The notes below the pieces were generated by a model. That model was given only the letters and a program-made list of their open reading frames with translations, was not told the DNA's origin and ran no database searches. Of a stretch of DNA of 64,000 nt, positions 62,200 through 64,000 are shown in pieces (within the stretch, counting starts at the first letter, position 1; the number at the start of each line of letters is the position of its first letter). The translations under genes were made by a program, and so were the position numbers. The stretch is taken from contig NC_068981.1 of assembly GCF_001194135.2 (NCBI RefSeq), forward strand, positions 12,589,581 to 12,653,580. Reading direction: 5' to 3'. Origin of the DNA: Octopus bimaculoides. Taxonomy: Eukaryota.

Positions 62200-63810
62200 C
62201 AAATAAAAATATTGATATTATATGAACAGTACCGTTAAGGGCTGCCAAGTGGATTATTGAGATCAAATGTAGAAAATAACGCTATTGACAAGTGTTTAGA
62301 AAAGAAAACTGAGATGCTTTTATCAATATAGAATTTTTTGAAGGTTACTATGGTAACTCTAAGTGAATGTGTTATCATCAGAAAAGTAGAGTAAATGCAC
62401 AATGTATTATCAAGGTTCCACGTGAGTGATTCTGCTTCGCGCTAGTAATCAAGGATGTAAAACTCCTGCTGAATTCAATGTCGCTGACAGGAAGTTTAAA
62501 TTAGCAGTCATACGCTGGTATGTGATGCTCAGACTTCAGCTCATTTGGCAGAAAGGAAATGGTAGACGCAAGTGTCTGATAAGATAAAAGTGGAAACTTG
62601 ATAGAAATGTTAAATGTGAGGTTGTACATACCGGCCGGACTGCAACATGGTGGAGGCGGAGGGGATGCAGATCCACTGACAGAATAATAAATACAAGTGA
62701 GATATTGCGACTAGATGAATCTATATTAAATGTGCGTCTGAAGCAGAAATATCCGGAGGTGAATGTACAAAGTTAGTATAAAAGAACAAAGTCAACTTAT
62801 AATGTACTGTGTTGCGGAATATGGAGTCAAACTAGGTGTGACTCACTCTGGGAGCGGTGTACAGGGCAATTTCTTTCGTTGTCATTATTATACATTGCGG
62901 TTTGATTGACGTTGTTAATTGACTTCAGTTTATGAATCGTTGGAACACATTTAAGACATACTCTTCCAATTATGATAATGTCGAGATGGTGCAATTAGAT
63001 TTAATGATGCAATTATTACTAAGTCATATTGCAATATAGTGAGACGACACTTTCATTTAAGAGACAGTTGCTCTAACATTTCATTTGACAGCAATCTGCA
63101 GCGAACATTTGAAAAGAAAGGTCTAAAACATCAAAAACTGATGAACCGTGTACGATACTTAAATATTTCTTTATTGCCCACATAGGGCTAAACATAGTGA
63201 GGGCAATCAAGGACAGAGGAAGGAATTAAGTCGATTACATCGACCCCAGTGCGTAACTGGTACTTATTTAATCGACCGCCAAAGGATGAAAGGCAAAGTC
63301 GACCTCGGCGGAATTTGAACTCAAAACGTAACGGCAGACGAAATATCGCTAAGCATTTCGCCCGGCGTGCTAACGATTCTGCCAGCTCGCCACCCTTGCT
63401 ATACGTAAATAGAAGCCTACGGTGCTTCCAGCTAGTGTACTGAGCGCTTACAGTTAGTTCTACAATATTCTTAGTTGGGACTCGACATGGCCAGAATTGC
63501 AGAAGAGTGAATCCTATCACAAGTGCTTCGGAAGAAGACAGAAAAGTATTCATACGGATACACCAGAAGCAATAAGAGGGACGACCAGATCTCAGGATAA
63601 AAATCGTTTCCTCAATAAGAAGTTGCTGCATGTTCATAGATGCAACCAGTGGAGTGTAGTGACATAGGTAACGAAAGAGAAAGCGTAAAAGATTGTCTAA
63701 AGATCTTAGAGATTCAATGCTACTTGGCAACACTCGAGAGATATTTGCGCTATCGGATGAAATAATTGAGAACCTCCAGTTGAGAGATGATGAGGTTGTC
63801 TAACACTGGA
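62200..63810 (+). pseudogene. Very degenerate LINE 3' relic (possibly RTE), interrupted by a SINE B
   Basis: The 3' part reads TRSNKR/GRPDLR across a frameshift, resembling the RTE C-terminal RGRP..RW motif; the remainder is only weakly interpretable. Confidence 0.35.
63164..63397 (-). mobile_element. SINE family B, full length
   Basis: Reverse complement of 54338-54559 with high similarity. Confidence 0.93.
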
Positions 63811-64000
63811 AATTGTATGTCAAATGAATTAACTTTACTGTCTTAATATATAATCGGCTTTCGAAAGCTTGAATATAAAGGTTCAACGCAAAGCATTACG
63901 AACTGAATTACAAATGTATATTCTAAATATTTCATCTTTATAAATAGCACAAGAGCTGAATGTCATTCCGTCACGGTATGCCGCAATAAAACGGTTTATC

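Noticed and set aside
63137-63170. CTGATGA...CGATAC-TTAA as a hammerhead
   Set aside because: GAAA and GU are not conserved, stem II is absent, and the putative 3' arm belongs to the adjacent SINE tail.
63188-63733. 181-aa ORF (likewise 28140-28973 and 54177-54581)
   Set aside because: It reads through SINE and LINE relic sequence and is a chance chimera.

Overview
Repeat-saturated, AT-rich eukaryotic DNA from a draft assembly, with 11 N-gaps: 911-1516, 4238-4322, 5592-5667, 7613-7983, 9290-9875, 10914-11788, 28763-28888, 30258-30833, 36624-36633, 37743-38620 and 55795-55927. The SINE families and dense microsatellites look like those of an octopod cephalopod; this is from recollection, not a search. 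I found no supportable host protein-coding exon. Almost all listed ORFs are microsatellite, gap or transposon artefacts. The window contains: tRNA-derived SINEs (two abundant families plus minor ones); non-LTR retrotransposon relics (R4/Dong-like with restriction-like endonuclease, L1/Tx1-like, possibly RTE); DNA transposons (two mariners, a rosa/DD41D-like element, a Merlin, hAT and Tc2/pogo-like MITEs, a Helentron-type element); and foldback elements. The most interesting signal is absent from the ORF track: minimal type I hammerhead ribozymes (HHRs) with short palindromic helix III occur in three unrelated non-coding repeat contexts (4.2, 26.4-26.7 and 37.0-37.5 kb). One HHR has a complete catalytic core (26369-26413, minus strand) and lies in a tandem that would release a 335-nt monomer between two HHR sites. 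The 37-kb family shows tandem-plus-inverted architecture, and a fourth family (35-39 kb) shares that architecture without a foldable HHR. Together these point to a retrozyme or non-autonomous Penelope-like ribozyme system.
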